The position numbers and the translations under genes were made by a program. The notes beneath the pieces are model-generated. The model had not been told where the DNA came from. It saw only the letters and a list, made by a program, of their open reading frames with translations, and did not search any database. From positions 32,001 through 96,000 of IMG/VR virus record IMGVR_UViG_3300025012_000042: DNA of 64,000 nt. One strand, 5' to 3'. Shown piece by piece: positions 1-10,875 of the stretch. How positions within the stretch are numbered: position 1 is the first letter of the stretch; the number at the start of each line of letters is the position of its first letter. The DNA comes from a virus.

Positions 1-2
1 CT

Positions 3-845
3 CTAGGGTGTATAAATTATAAAAGTAGTAAAAACGGAGATATAATTTCACTTATTCAAGAATTTAAGAAAGTCAGTTACAGATCAGCGTTGGAATATAT
101 AATTGATTATTTTAATCTTGATTTAATACCACATAAAAAAATACAATTACCATTTGGAGGATTTTATAAAAAAATAATTCCTCCAACGTCTTTGGATCAA
201 ATAGAGTTAAAAACTTATCCAGAAAGTATTTTAGATGAATATTGTAATAATCCTAATATTAGATTTTTTAATGATAGGATTGACTTAGATATTCAAAAAC
301 AATTCAATATTGGATATGATATATCATCTTTGAGAATCACTATTCCTTGGAGAAGTGCAGAAGGAAAACTGATAGGAATTATTGGTAGATTAAATGAAGA
401 TGTAATAAATGAAGATAGCCCTAAATATTTAGCACTTTTGCCATTCATAAAATCATATAGTTTATATGGATTCAGTGAAAATTATCAGAATTTAGTAGGC
501 CAAACAGTATGGATTTGTGAAGCAGAAAAAAGCGTAATGATTGCTAAAGGTATGAATTTAAATAATGTAATATCTGTAGGCAGTCATAGTATTTCAGCAA
601 TTCAAGTGCAATTAATTAAATCGCTTATGCCTAAAAAAATAATAGTTTCTTTTGATGAAGGAATTGAAAAAGAAAAATTAATTATTGAATGTAGTAAATT
701 TAAAAATAGTTTCCTGAAGTATAATATAGGATATTTTAATTCATCTTGTTTACCTAAATATTCAAAGATGTCCTTGTTTGACTTAGATGATAATAAAAAA
801 ATAATGCAATTAGCAAAGGAGAATATAATTTGGCTAGAGAATTAG
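3..845 (+). CDS. DNA primase (DnaG-like TOPRIM), 5'-truncated by the window
   Basis: Frame open from position 3 (GDIISLIQEFKKVSYRSALEYI, like the end of a primase zinc-binding domain); RITIPW..GKLIGIIGR, ICEAEKS, SFDEG TOPRIM motifs. Confidence 0.85.
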   Translation, partial: LGCINYKSSKNGDIISLIQEFKKVSYRSALEYIIDYFNLDLIPHKKIQLPFGGFYKKIIPPTSLDQIELKTYPESILDEYCNNPNIRFFNDRIDLDIQKQFNIGYDISSLRITIPWRSAEGKLIGIIGRLNEDVINEDSPKYLALLPFIKSYSLYGFSENYQNLVGQTVWICEAEKSVMIAKGMNLNNVISVGSHSISAIQVQLIKSLMPKKIIVSFDEGIEKEKLIIECSKFKNSFLKYNIGYFNSSCLPKYSKMSLFDLDDNKKIMQLAKENIIWLEN

Positions 846-1936
846 AACCAATAGTAAAAAAACTAATAGAAGATGGTAATATCGTTTATAGTTTTAGTAA
901 ATTAGGATCATTCAATCAATGTGAATATGGTTATTATAATACATATATACTTAAAAATAGAGGCATTGATAATATTTATAGTGTTTGCGGAAGTAATATT
1001 CATAATGATTTAGAGCAAATATATAATGGCAAAGAAGTAGATTTGACTAAATCATTAAATAATACACTTTCAGAATTAGATATGCTAGGAGTTAATTTTG
1101 CAAATGATAAAATTAGAAATTCTTGGGTAGCTGATATGGAACATTTTTGCACTAATTTTAGATCACAAGAGGGGTCATATATTACAGAGGAAGGATTTAT
1201 ATTTGAGATTATGCCTAGAGTTTATATTCAAGGATATATTGATATGGTAGAAAAACATGATGAAAATAATATCTCAATTATTGATTTTAAAACAAGTAGT
1301 AAATTTGATAAAAAGAAACTAATTGGAGCAGGTAGACAATTAGTATTATATGGAATAGCAAAGCAAGATAAATATACAATAAATAAAATTGCGTGGTATA
1401 TGCTAAAATATCTTTATGTTTGTTCTAAATTGAAAAATGGAAACATCAATAGAAAAATGTGCAATAGGGGAAAATGGGTTAAGGAAATAGGGACGGATAA
1501 GAATATTAAAGATAAAAAAACTAATACATATAAACTTACTAAAAGTGCTTTAAAGAGAGAATTGGAAGTTTTAGGATGTAAAGATTTTGAGATTGAGATA
1601 TTTATTACTGAAGCAATAAATAATAATAATTTATATAATATGCCAAAAGAGATTCAGGATAAATATTGGCTAGAGGATTGTATTCTTGAATATGAGTTTA
1701 GCGAAGAAACAAAAGATGAGTTTATGGAGTTTGTAAAGTCTACACATGAGAAAATTATTGCTAAAGATGCGGATAATGAAAATGAATGGAAACCTTTAGA
1801 TATTGAGAATGATAATTTTTTCTGTAGTAATTTATGTTCTCATCGAACAAATTGTAAGTATTTATTAGATTTTTATGAGAGATTAAAATTGGGTGTGACA
1901 AAAAAAGATAGCGAATGGGATGAATTATTTGGATAA
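830..1936 (+). CDS. PD-(D/E)XK Cas4/RecB-like exonuclease
   Basis: GYIDMV..IIDFKTS..QLVLY motifs; N-terminal Cys plus C-terminal CSNLCSHRTNC. Confidence 0.8.
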   Translation: MARELEPIVKKLIEDGNIVYSFSKLGSFNQCEYGYYNTYILKNRGIDNIYSVCGSNIHNDLEQIYNGKEVDLTKSLNNTLSELDMLGVNFANDKIRNSWVADMEHFCTNFRSQEGSYITEEGFIFEIMPRVYIQGYIDMVEKHDENNISIIDFKTSSKFDKKKLIGAGRQLVLYGIAKQDKYTINKIAWYMLKYLYVCSKLKNGNINRKMCNRGKWVKEIGTDKNIKDKKTNTYKLTKSALKRELEVLGCKDFEIEIFITEAINNNNLYNMPKEIQDKYWLEDCILEYEFSEETKDEFMEFVKSTHEKIIAKDADNENEWKPLDIENDNFFCSNLCSHRTNCKYLLDFYERLKLGVTKKDSEWDELFG

Positions 1937-1951
1937 GAAGGAGGATAAACA

Positions 1952-2920
1952 ATGAATTGTAGTGTTTGTAATATAGATGAAAAAGACGCTCCAAAATTCT
2001 ATTATAATAGTATATATGGAAATAATTTGTGTAATAAACATTATCTACAATTAAGAAGACACGGTAAAATAACAGATAATACACCAAATACAAAATTAGA
2101 TATATGTGAGGTTTGTGGACATAAAGAAGGATTAAAAAGATGTGGATTAGATGGAGATTTTAAAGGAAAAACATTATGTGGGAAACATTATTCTCAGGTA
2201 TTTGAAAAAGGTATAATATTTGATGCATTACCAACTCATAAAAATATGTTACGAGTATGTGATGTTTGCGGAAAGTTCGAAGGAGAAATAATTTATTGCA
2301 CAAAAACTAATCAGATGCTTTGTAGGAAGCATTATGACCATGTATTTAATTATGGCAAAGTATTAGAGAGAACCATATACGATAAAAATAATTATGTAAT
2401 AAAAGAAGATAATTACGGAAAGTTTGCAGAGATTATATTAAGAGATCAAAAACACGAAGAGATAGCAAGAACTGTAATTGATTATGATTATTTAGAAAAA
2501 GTATTAACAAGAGTATGGGGATATGCTCCCAGTTGGGGATATGTAACCAGTGGTAAAAAAGAGAATTTTGTAATGCTTCAGAATTTCATTATGGATCAAA
2601 AAGGGTTAATTGATCATATTGATAGAAATCCTTTAAACAATAGGGAATATAATTTAATTCCATCAAATAAATCTTTAAATTCATTAAATTGTGGACTTAG
2701 ATCCAATAATAAAAGTGGAGTAACTGGAGTTTCTTTTGATAAAACTCAAGAATTATGGAGGTCGTATATAAATTGGGAAGGAAAAAGATTGGAACTTGGG
2801 TATAAAAATGAAATTGAAGATGCAATTAAACTAAGACTATCAAAAGAAAATGAATTACTAGGCGTATTATCTCCTCAGAAACATTTATTTGAAGAGTATG
2901 GGATTGAGGTGAGGGTTTAA
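1952..2920 (+). CDS. Free-standing HNH endonuclease with three Zn-finger repeats and AP2 domain
   Basis: Three CxxC...LCxKHY repeats; IDHIDRNPLNNREYNL; NKSGVTGVSFDK...W AP2-like tail. Confidence 0.85.
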   Translation: MNCSVCNIDEKDAPKFYYNSIYGNNLCNKHYLQLRRHGKITDNTPNTKLDICEVCGHKEGLKRCGLDGDFKGKTLCGKHYSQVFEKGIIFDALPTHKNMLRVCDVCGKFEGEIIYCTKTNQMLCRKHYDHVFNYGKVLERTIYDKNNYVIKEDNYGKFAEIILRDQKHEEIARTVIDYDYLEKVLTRVWGYAPSWGYVTSGKKENFVMLQNFIMDQKGLIDHIDRNPLNNREYNLIPSNKSLNSLNCGLRSNNKSGVTGVSFDKTQELWRSYINWEGKRLELGYKNEIEDAIKLRLSKENELLGVLSPQKHLFEEYGIEVRV

Positions 2921-5900
2921 TGATATTATTTCAAAACTTCCACCGCCACAGCTCAGACTCGAACATTTTCACAGCCGATAGTGCAATGGTTGTAGAAGAT
3001 TATGCTAAACGAGCAACTGAACTAGGGCATACTATCCTATCTTCATGCGAACATGGATTTCAAGGCAGATACTATGAAGTTTATGAAATGGCAAAAAAAT
3101 ATAATCTTAAATTCATCTTTGGCACAGAAGCATATTGGGTTAAAGATAGATTTGAAAAAGATAGAACTAATGGACATATTTGTATTTTTGCTAAATCAGA
3201 AATCGGCAGAAAGACTATTAATCGTATTCTCTCAGAAGCAAATATTGATGGATATTACTATAAGCCTAGAGTAGATATTGAATTATTATTATCTCTTCCT
3301 CCATCTGAAGTATTTATAAGCACAGCCTGCATCGCCTTTTGGAAATACGATGATATAGAGGATATTATATGGAAATTACATAATCATTTTGGGGATAATT
3401 TTTTCCTTGAGGTACAATATCATCATACAGACATTCAACGTGAAATCAACAAAAGAATACTTGGTTTAGGTTTAAATATCATTATGGGATGTGATTCTCA
3501 CTACATATATCCAGAACAAGCACAAGGTAGAGATGATGTTTTAGAAGCTAGAGGAATAAGATATGAGGGAGAGGAAGGGTGGTTTTTGGACTACCCTGAT
3601 GGTGATACCGCATATCAAAGATTTGCAGATCAAGGAGTATTAAACCATGAACAAATAATGGAAGCAATCGATAATACCAATATTTTTCTTGAATTTGATA
3701 ATATAGAATTTGATAAAAATATTAAACTTCCATCACTTTATCCTGATTTATCTTTAGAAGAAAAAAATAAAATATATACGTCATTATTGACTGAGAAATG
3801 GAAAGAATTCAGTAAAGATATTGATCCAAGCAAACATGAACTATATCTTCAAGAAATTCAGAAAGAAGTTAATATTGTTAGAAATACTGGCATGGTAGAC
3901 TATTTCTTAATGGATTATGAAATTGTTAAACAAGCAATTGCAGATGGAGGTATTATTACAAATAGTGGCCGTGGATCTGGAGTATCCTTCATTACTAATA
4001 CATTATTAGGATTTAGTAAAGTAGATAGAATATCATCGCCTGTAAAACTATACCCTGAAAGATTTATGAGTGAAACAAGAATACTACAGACTAAAAGTTT
4101 ACCTGACTTGGATTTAAATTGTGGTACTCCTGAAATATTTGTTCGAGCACAAGATAAAATTCTTGGAGAAGGCCATGCTTATCCTATGATTGCTTATGGA
4201 AAATTTAAGATTAAATCTGCATTTAAACTATACGCAAAATCACAGAGTATGCCATTTGATGTCGCAAATGAAATCACTAATCAAATTGAAAAATATGAGA
4301 GAGATTTAAAATATGCTGATGAAGATGATAAAGATTTAATTAATGTTTATGATTATGTAGAAGAAAAACACCATGAAATTCTCAAAGGATCAGAGAAATA
4401 CATGGGAATTATTGCTTCTAAATCTGCTCACCCTTGTGGATATCTCTTATATCAGGGAAATATCAAAGAAGATATAGGATTAATCAAATGCAAAAGTGAA
4501 TCAACAAAAAAAGAAGTAGTTACAACTGTAATTGATGGTGCTATTGCTGAAAAATATAAATTCTTGAAGAATGACTTGCTGAAAGTTGATGTTGTTTTAT
4601 TAATTGATAAGGTTTATAAAAGAATTGGAATTAAACCACATACTGTTAATGAATTATTATCTATTATCAAAACAGATAGTAAAACATGGGATATTTATGC
4701 TAAAGGATTAACTATCGGAGTTAATCAAGTAGAAAAGGCATCTACTACACAAAAAGCTATGAGATATAAACCTAGCAATATTTCAGAATTAACTGCTTTT
4801 ATTGCTGCGATAAGACCAGGTTTTAAATCAATGTATCATATTTTTGAATCAAGAAAACATTTTAATTATAATACTCCAAGTTTTGATAAGTTAATTCAAA
4901 CTGAAGAAATGCCATTCTCTTTTGTTTTATATCAAGAAATGACTATGGCTGCATTACAATACGCAGGATTCCCAATGGATGAGAGTTATGGGATATTAAA
5001 AGCTATCAGCAAGAAAAAAGCTGATGTAATTATTCCTCTGAAGGAAAGGTTTATAAATGGATTTAATTTGAATTTAATATTAGAAGAAGGAATTACAGAA
5101 GAGTCAGCATTAGAAAAAAGTGAAAACATCTGGACTATTATTGCCAATTCCGTTCAGTACAGTTTCAATGCATCACATGCTTTAAGTTATTCAATTGACT
5201 CAGCATATTGTGCATATTTAAAAGCTCACTACCCATATGAATTTTATGAAGTTATGTTACAATCTTATTCAGATAAAGGCAATAAAGATAAAGTTGCATT
5301 ATTCAAAAAAGAAATGATAGAGGGGTTTGGCATTTCAGAGGGAGAATATAAATTTGGATTAGACAATACTAGATTCCTAGCTGATAAAGAGAATAAAACT
5401 ATTTATCCAGAAATGCTATCAATTAAATTCTTGAATAAAGAAATGGCTCATACTTTATTAAAATTATCAAAGAAGAAATATGATAGTTTTTATGAATTAT
5501 TACGAAATATCAAAGGAACAAAAGTTAATTCAAGACAACTAGATATTTTAATAAAATTAGATTATTTCAGAGATTTTGCAAATATTAAAAAAATACAAAT
5601 CTTTAATGGATATTATGATTTACTTGGTGATTCTAAGCAAATATCAAAAGAAAAAGCAATTCTATCTGAATTGCCAATGGAATTAATTGAAAAATATTCA
5701 AGAGCAACAGATAAAACTTATGTTGAATTAGATGTGGATAATATTTTATTAGGATTATGGGATAGAATACCTAATGAACCATTGAATATCAGAGATCAAA
5801 TACAAAATGAAATTGAATTATTAGGTTATGCTAAATCAATAAATCCAAACATCTCCCCTAACTATGGCATCATAATTGATATCAACACTAAATACTCCCC

Positions 5901-6132
5901 AATCCCTACTATATATCGTATCAATGATGGAAGTATTGAAACCATTAAGACTGATACAAGAAAATATAAAGCAAATCCATTTCAGCAATTTGATATGATT
6001 AAGACAATCACTAAAGAACCTAGAAACAAAAAGAAGTATATGGGTAAGAATGATAAAGGTAAGGGAATATATGAAACACTAGAAGAAAAAGAAGATATAT
6101 TAACCCAGTGGACGATAGTGACATTTGATTAA
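2920..6132 (+). CDS. dnaE: DNA polymerase III alpha subunit (family C)
   Basis: PHP domain (NFHRHS, CEHG, CDSHY), GRGSG, PDLDL, HPCG, KNDLL, YSFNASHA. Confidence 0.95.
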   Translation: MILFQNFHRHSSDSNIFTADSAMVVEDYAKRATELGHTILSSCEHGFQGRYYEVYEMAKKYNLKFIFGTEAYWVKDRFEKDRTNGHICIFAKSEIGRKTINRILSEANIDGYYYKPRVDIELLLSLPPSEVFISTACIAFWKYDDIEDIIWKLHNHFGDNFFLEVQYHHTDIQREINKRILGLGLNIIMGCDSHYIYPEQAQGRDDVLEARGIRYEGEEGWFLDYPDGDTAYQRFADQGVLNHEQIMEAIDNTNIFLEFDNIEFDKNIKLPSLYPDLSLEEKNKIYTSLLTEKWKEFSKDIDPSKHELYLQEIQKEVNIVRNTGMVDYFLMDYEIVKQAIADGGIITNSGRGSGVSFITNTLLGFSKVDRISSPVKLYPERFMSETRILQTKSLPDLDLNCGTPEIFVRAQDKILGEGHAYPMIAYGKFKIKSAFKLYAKSQSMPFDVANEITNQIEKYERDLKYADEDDKDLINVYDYVEEKHHEILKGSEKYMGIIASKSAHPCGYLLYQGNIKEDIGLIKCKSESTKKEVVTTVIDGAIAEKYKFLKNDLLKVDVVLLIDKVYKRIGIKPHTVNELLSIIKTDSKTWDIYAKGLTIGVNQVEKASTTQKAMRYKPSNISELTAFIAAIRPGFKSMYHIFESRKHFNYNTPSFDKLIQTEEMPFSFVLYQEMTMAALQYAGFPMDESYGILKAISKKKADVIIPLKERFINGFNLNLILEEGITEESALEKSENIWTIIANSVQYSFNASHALSYSIDSAYCAYLKAHYPYEFYEVMLQSYSDKGNKDKVALFKKEMIEGFGISEGEYKFGLDNTRFLADKENKTIYPEMLSIKFLNKEMAHTLLKLSKKKYDSFYELLRNIKGTKVNSRQLDILIKLDYFRDFANIKKIQIFNGYYDLLGDSKQISKEKAILSELPMELIEKYSRATDKTYVELDVDNILLGLWDRIPNEPLNIRDQIQNEIELLGYAKSINPNISPNYGIIIDINTKYSPIPTIYRINDGSIETIKTDTRKYKANPFQQFDMIKTITKEPRNKKKYMGKNDKGKGIYETLEEKEDILTQWTIVTFD

Positions 6133-6153
6133 TTAACTAATAAATAAAATTTC

Positions 6154-6182
6154 TTGACATCTAATTCCCATTATGGTATTAT
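6154..6182 (+). promoter_or_regulatory. sigmaA promoter
   Basis: TTGACA-17-TATTAT with extended TG. Confidence 0.75.
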
Positions 6183-6207
6183 TAATACATAGAGAGGAGG
6201 AAATCTC

Positions 6208-6378
6208 ATGGAAGAACAATATAGCGAAGTTAAAGAAATTAATGATATATGGCTAGAATTAACCAAGTTTTGTGAAAACATGAATTGTCATGATGGTACG
6301 GTTGATGCTAATGATTTGCTTGATAATGCTGAATACGTTAAAAATTTATTAGAAAAATTCTTGGAGTATAATAAATAA
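6208..6378 (+). CDS. Small hypothetical protein (56 aa)
   Basis: GAGGAGG RBS, ATG, downstream of promoter; not in ORF track. Confidence 0.65.
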   Translation: MEEQYSEVKEINDIWLELTKFCENMNCHDGTVDANDLLDNAEYVKNLLEKFLEYNK

Positions 6379-6416
6379 TTTTTCTTGTATATCAAATTAA
6401 GGAGGTGAAAATAAAA

Positions 6417-6563
6417 ATGAATCCCACAAAAATCATCAATCGCATCGACGGTCAATGGACTACATGCTCTTCTCAAGAATACAATTCCCAAGACAAAGCA
6501 AACTTCATGTTCAGCAAAAACAATGACACAACTATCACTACTTATTATAAGAAAATCGGTTAG
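6417..6563 (+). CDS. Small hypothetical protein (48 aa), paralog of 6701-6895
   Basis: AAGGAGGTG RBS; DGQWTTCSSQEYN..DK.N...YYKK shared with next ORF. Confidence 0.7.
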   Translation: MNPTKIINRIDGQWTTCSSQEYNSQDKANFMFSKNNDTTITTYYKKIG

Positions 6564-6700
6564 TACCTATATTCTATTATTCTATAATCTTGACATAATT
6601 AACTTACATAAAGCATAAAATAAATATTAGCAAGGATTTGATCGCTCAGATTATATTATTTACCAATCAAATTCTTGCTAAATCAAAAGAGGTGATACAT

Positions 6701-6895
6701 ATTAAAATTTTACATGGTAGAGATGGCGATTGGATTCAGTGTACTTCTGAAGAGTACAATAATAACTATACAGACAAAGTTAATTATGCATTTATTGTGG
6801 ATCAAGACACTAATAAAGGGCATTATTACAAAAAGGTAACAATCGAAGTATTTGATAAAGAATCAAAGATTAAAAACGAAAGGATGGAAGATTGA
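6701..6895 (+). CDS. Small hypothetical protein, probable ATT start
   Basis: GAGGTGAT RBS before ATT; similarity to 6417 paralog begins here. Confidence 0.6.
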   Translation: MKILHGRDGDWIQCTSEEYNNNYTDKVNYAFIVDQDTNKGHYYKKVTIEVFDKESKIKNERMED

Positions 6896-6898
6896 GTT

Positions 6899-7087
6899 TT
6901 GGCTAATATATCAATGTGTCAATTTATTGATTGTGAAAAATCTTCTAGTTGTTTGAGAATATTAGCACCACCTGATGCAGAGCAAGTTTACATGAAATTC
7001 AAGAATATTTGTGGTGAATTTAACCAATGGAATTGGTACTGGCAAGCACCAGATCATTTTATAGTTAAGAAAGAAGGTGATACATAA
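6899..7087 (+). CDS. Small Cys-rich phage protein
   Basis: MANISMC..C..SSCLR motif. Confidence 0.6.
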   Translation: MANISMCQFIDCEKSSSCLRILAPPDAEQVYMKFKNICGEFNQWNWYWQAPDHFIVKKEGDT

Positions 7088-7338
7088 TTTATATAAATAA
7101 TATTTCTTTACATGGTATTGACTTTCACAAATATGTAGTCATAAAACAAGATGACTTATATAAACATGCATTAGAACAAGATTCTATTGATTTAGCTAGA
7201 ATTATTAAAAATATTAGAATCAGTAGAGTTAAGTTTAATAAGAAGCCTAGTAATCAGTATTTAGTGATTAATATTGATGAACCATATGCAGGTGAGGTTA
7301 TTGAGATTTTGAAGAAGAATAGGCATTGGGATTTGTAG
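7087..7338 (+). CDS. Hypothetical phage protein (83 aa), probable ATT start
   Basis: Open frame KYVVIKQDD...YLVINIDEPYAGEVIEILKKNRHWDL; GAAGGTGAT RBS; no usable canonical start. Confidence 0.6.
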   Translation: MYINNISLHGIDFHKYVVIKQDDLYKHALEQDSIDLARIIKNIRISRVKFNKKPSNQYLVINIDEPYAGEVIEILKKNRHWDL

Positions 7339-7356
7339 GAAGGGAGGTGAGAGCAA

Positions 7357-7509
7357 ATGGATTATATAAATCAAATAATTTTAGAAATAAAAAATGCAAA
7401 AACAGATAATGAAATTAGGAATATTCTATGCGATATTTATGTTTCTACTCAAATGGATTCAAATATTAGAGAAGAATTTGATAATCTATGTTTAGCATTT
7501 TTATCTTAA
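7357..7509 (+). CDS. Small hypothetical protein (50 aa)
   Basis: GGGAGGTG RBS and ATG. Confidence 0.55.
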   Translation: MDYINQIILEIKNAKTDNEIRNILCDIYVSTQMDSNIREEFDNLCLAFLS

Positions 7510-7585
7510 ATTTGTTAGGATAAAATAGAATAATCTGTTTAAGTGATAAATTAGTTATAAAATAAATATATTGGAGGATACATAA

Positions 7586-9898
7586 TTGACTAAAATTAAT
7601 GATAACGCATTAAAACTACTTAAGGAAAAACAATACTTTAAAGATAATGAAAATACTTGGGACGATTTATCTAAAAGAGTCTCAATTGCTATAGCTGAAG
7701 CAGAAACAAATGAAGAAATTAAGAAAGAAGTTCAGAAAGATATTTATGATGCTATGACTAATTTAGATTTTGTTTTTAGCACTCCTTGCTTATTGAATGC
7801 AGATAAGAATAATCCTGGTCAACTAAGTAGTTGTTTTATTGCTGATACAAAAGATAGTATAGAAGAAATATGTAGAACTGATGCTGAGTTTTCAGTTATA
7901 TTCCAACGCAATGGTGGAGTTGGTACAGATTTAAGTGTAATACGTCCTGCTAAAGATATTGTAGAGACATCAAAAGGTTATGCTGGTGGAGTTATCACAT
8001 TTATGGAAAAATATGATTTTACAGCAGATAGAATGACGAGATTTAATCCGTCTAGAAAAGGTGCAATAAAAATAAATCTTAAAACCTTTCACCCTCAAAT
8101 TTTTGACTTTTTACATTGCAAAGATAATAAAGATATTTTAAATAGAATGAACATTAGTATATCATTCACTGATGAATTTATGGAAGCAGTAGTAAGTGAT
8201 TTAGATTGGAATTTAGAATTTCCAGATTATTCTTTCAGCAAAGAAATATATAATCAAGAGTGGGATGGGAATATTGAAAAATGGAAATCAAAAGGTTATC
8301 CAGTTAAAATTTATAAAGTAGTAAAAGCAAGGGATTTATTTAGAGAGTTTTCTGAGTCATCTTGGAAAACAGGTGAGCCAGGCGCGAATTATCAGTCTCG
8401 CATGTCGCTTGATAATATGAATCCTCACTTATCAAGTGAAATATATACTAACCCTTGTTCTGAGTTTTCAAATATTCCATATTCATCTTGCAATCTTGGA
8501 AGTATTAATCTTTTAAATTGTGTGAAAAATAACAAATTCGACTTTAACAAACTTAAATCTTTAACTTCTAAGGCAATTAGATGGTTAGATAATATGATAA
8601 GTGTTAATGTTCTACCACTTAAAAAGATTGATGAAGTTACAAAATTAATAAGGCCAATCGGTCTAGGAATTATGGGATTAGCAGATGCATTTTACATATT
8701 GGGAATTAAATATAATTCATTAGAAGGGTACGAATTGGCAGAACTTATAATTAAAACAATGAAGGAAATTGCCGTAACTACATCTATGGAATTAGTAAAA
8801 GAAAGAGGAGAATATCCTGCATGGGAAGGAAGCAAATGGGAAGAAATTGGAATTAAAATTCATAATAGTTCTTTGTTGTCTATAGCTCCAACAGGATCTA
8901 TTTCTTTTATTGCAGGAGTAAGTGGAGGTTGCGAACCAAACTTTGCTTTAACATTTTCAAGACGTACATATGATGGGAATATTTATTATGTAACTAATCC
9001 AATATTTGAAAATAAATTAAAAGAACTTGGTATTTATTCTATTGAACTTATGGAGAAAATTGAAAAGAATCATGGAAGTTGCCAAGGAATTTTAGAAATT
9101 CCAAAAGATATTCAGGAGATATTCGTTACAGCACATGACCTAACTCCAGAAGAGCATGTAGATATGGTAGAAGTTTTGCAAAAACACGTTGATTTAAGCT
9201 TATCAAAAACAGTTAACTTTTCAAGCAACGCTACAGTTGAAGATATTTACAATATATACATATATGCGTGGAGAAAAGGATTAAAGGGACTAAGTGTCTA
9301 CCGTGATGGTTCAAGAGATAATCAAACATTATCAAGTGGCAATACATTATCAGATGAAATTGCTGAAATAATTGATCGAGGGTATGTTATCAAAGCTCCA
9401 TCAGTGGCAGATAGTAGAACTTATAAATTTGTTAGTGGATGTGGGAATGCGTATGTTACTGTAACTTGGGATGAAAAAGGCAACATTAATCAAACATTTA
9501 CTAATAAAGGAAGTAGTGGTACATGTAAAAGCAATCAAGAAGCAGTATCGAGATTGATTTCACTTTCATTACGTGGTGGTATTCCTATTGATAATATTAT
9601 TGATCAACTAGAAAGTGTGGATATTTGTTCTTCATACACAAATGCTAGAGTTAAAGGAAAACCAGTTAGCAAAGGTGCTAGTTGTCCTCACGCTATTGCT
9701 AATATTCTCAAACAAGCAATAAAGGACGTAGATAATAAGTTTGATAATATAGAATTTAAATTAGAAAATAAGATTGGAAAAGAATTAGTAGAAGTAACTG
9801 TAATTAATAATTCAAGACTATGCCCCGAATGTAAAGAACCATTAATTAGTGACGGTTCATGTATATGCTGTAAGGCTTGTGGATATAGCAAGTGCTAA
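7586..9898 (+). CDS. nrdJ: Class II (B12-dependent) ribonucleotide reductase with TSCPD domain and Zn ribbon
   Basis: SSCF, NPCSE, SCNLGSINL, APTGSIS, VYRDGS; C-terminal SGCG..SCPHA..CPEC..CGYSKC. Confidence 0.92.
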   Translation: MTKINDNALKLLKEKQYFKDNENTWDDLSKRVSIAIAEAETNEEIKKEVQKDIYDAMTNLDFVFSTPCLLNADKNNPGQLSSCFIADTKDSIEEICRTDAEFSVIFQRNGGVGTDLSVIRPAKDIVETSKGYAGGVITFMEKYDFTADRMTRFNPSRKGAIKINLKTFHPQIFDFLHCKDNKDILNRMNISISFTDEFMEAVVSDLDWNLEFPDYSFSKEIYNQEWDGNIEKWKSKGYPVKIYKVVKARDLFREFSESSWKTGEPGANYQSRMSLDNMNPHLSSEIYTNPCSEFSNIPYSSCNLGSINLLNCVKNNKFDFNKLKSLTSKAIRWLDNMISVNVLPLKKIDEVTKLIRPIGLGIMGLADAFYILGIKYNSLEGYELAELIIKTMKEIAVTTSMELVKERGEYPAWEGSKWEEIGIKIHNSSLLSIAPTGSISFIAGVSGGCEPNFALTFSRRTYDGNIYYVTNPIFENKLKELGIYSIELMEKIEKNHGSCQGILEIPKDIQEIFVTAHDLTPEEHVDMVEVLQKHVDLSLSKTVNFSSNATVEDIYNIYIYAWRKGLKGLSVYRDGSRDNQTLSSGNTLSDEIAEIIDRGYVIKAPSVADSRTYKFVSGCGNAYVTVTWDEKGNINQTFTNKGSSGTCKSNQEAVSRLISLSLRGGIPIDNIIDQLESVDICSSYTNARVKGKPVSKGASCPHAIANILKQAIKDVDNKFDNIEFKLENKIGKELVEVTVINNSRLCPECKEPLISDGSCICCKACGYSKC

Positions 9899-9930
9899 TA
9901 AAAAAATTAAATGAAAAGAGGCAAATTAAT

Positions 9931-10317
9931 ATGATGAAGCAACAAGAACAAGTAAAAGAATTTCAGATGGCATTTAATCACCCAATCGCAAATACACCTA
10001 CATTTATGGATAAAAAGAGAGCAGAAGCAAGAATGAGTTGGGTAATAGAAGAGGTAAATGAATTTTTAGAATCAGATAATGTAATTGATCAAGCAGACGC
10101 TTTATGTGACATGCTTTATTTTATTTTAGGAACATCCGTGGAATGCGGTGTGGATTTAGAACCTGTATTTGATATTGTACAAAAAGCAAATATGGCAAAA
10201 CTTTGGCCTGATGGAAAACCTCATTATAGGGAATTAGATGGCAAAGTTGCAAAACCAGATGGATGGCAAGCACCTGAGCCTCAAATTGAAGCAGAAATTA
10301 AAAGACAAATGAAGTGA
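9931..10317 (+). CDS. MazG-like all-alpha NTP pyrophosphatase (dUTPase-like)
   Basis: VKEFQMAF, EEVNEF, DALCDMLY, ANMAK..DGKVAKPDGW. Confidence 0.8.
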   Translation: MMKQQEQVKEFQMAFNHPIANTPTFMDKKRAEARMSWVIEEVNEFLESDNVIDQADALCDMLYFILGTSVECGVDLEPVFDIVQKANMAKLWPDGKPHYRELDGKVAKPDGWQAPEPQIEAEIKRQMK

Positions 10318-10386
10318 TTATTAAATAAATATGGAGAGATTGAAATACATCTCTCCTACCTTCGCAGAAAGGAGTAACAAAACAAA

Positions 10387-10861
10387 ATGCAAATAATAAA
10401 CTGGGATGACTACTTCATGTCAGTAGCATACATATCATCATTACGTAGTAAAGATCCAAATACTCAAGTTGGTGCTTGCATAGTGGACACTAACCATCGA
10501 ATCATATCAACTGGTTATAATGGTATGGTGAATGGATGCAATGATATCGATATGCCTTGGAGAAGATCAAAGGGATTAGATGGAAAATATCTATATGTAG
10601 TACATAGTGGAACTCAATGCCATATTACATGCTAGAATAAATTTAGAAGGGTGTAAAATATATGTAACTTTATTTCCATGTAACGAATGTGTTAAAGCTA
10701 TTATTCAATCTGGAATCAAAGAAATAATATATTTAAATGATAAATATAAAGAAGATGACCAGATAATTTCAGCTAAATTTATGCTTGATATGGTAAATAT
10801 CAATTATAGACAATTAATATCTGATGTAAATATTAAGATAAATTTTAAAAAAGAAGAGTAG
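10387..10861 (+). pseudogene. dCMP deaminase (ComEB-like) split by a +1 frameshift (or sequencing error)
   Basis: RSKDPNTQVGACIV/TGYNG in first frame; ELNAIL..TLFPCNECVKAIIQSG in second; extra G at 10609-10610 within HxE. Confidence 0.85.
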
Positions 10862-10875
10862 AGGATTAATATATC

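Noticed and set aside
2920-9898. Inteins or group I introns in dnaE/nrdJ
   Set aside because: Normal lengths, contiguous motifs, no intein termini seen
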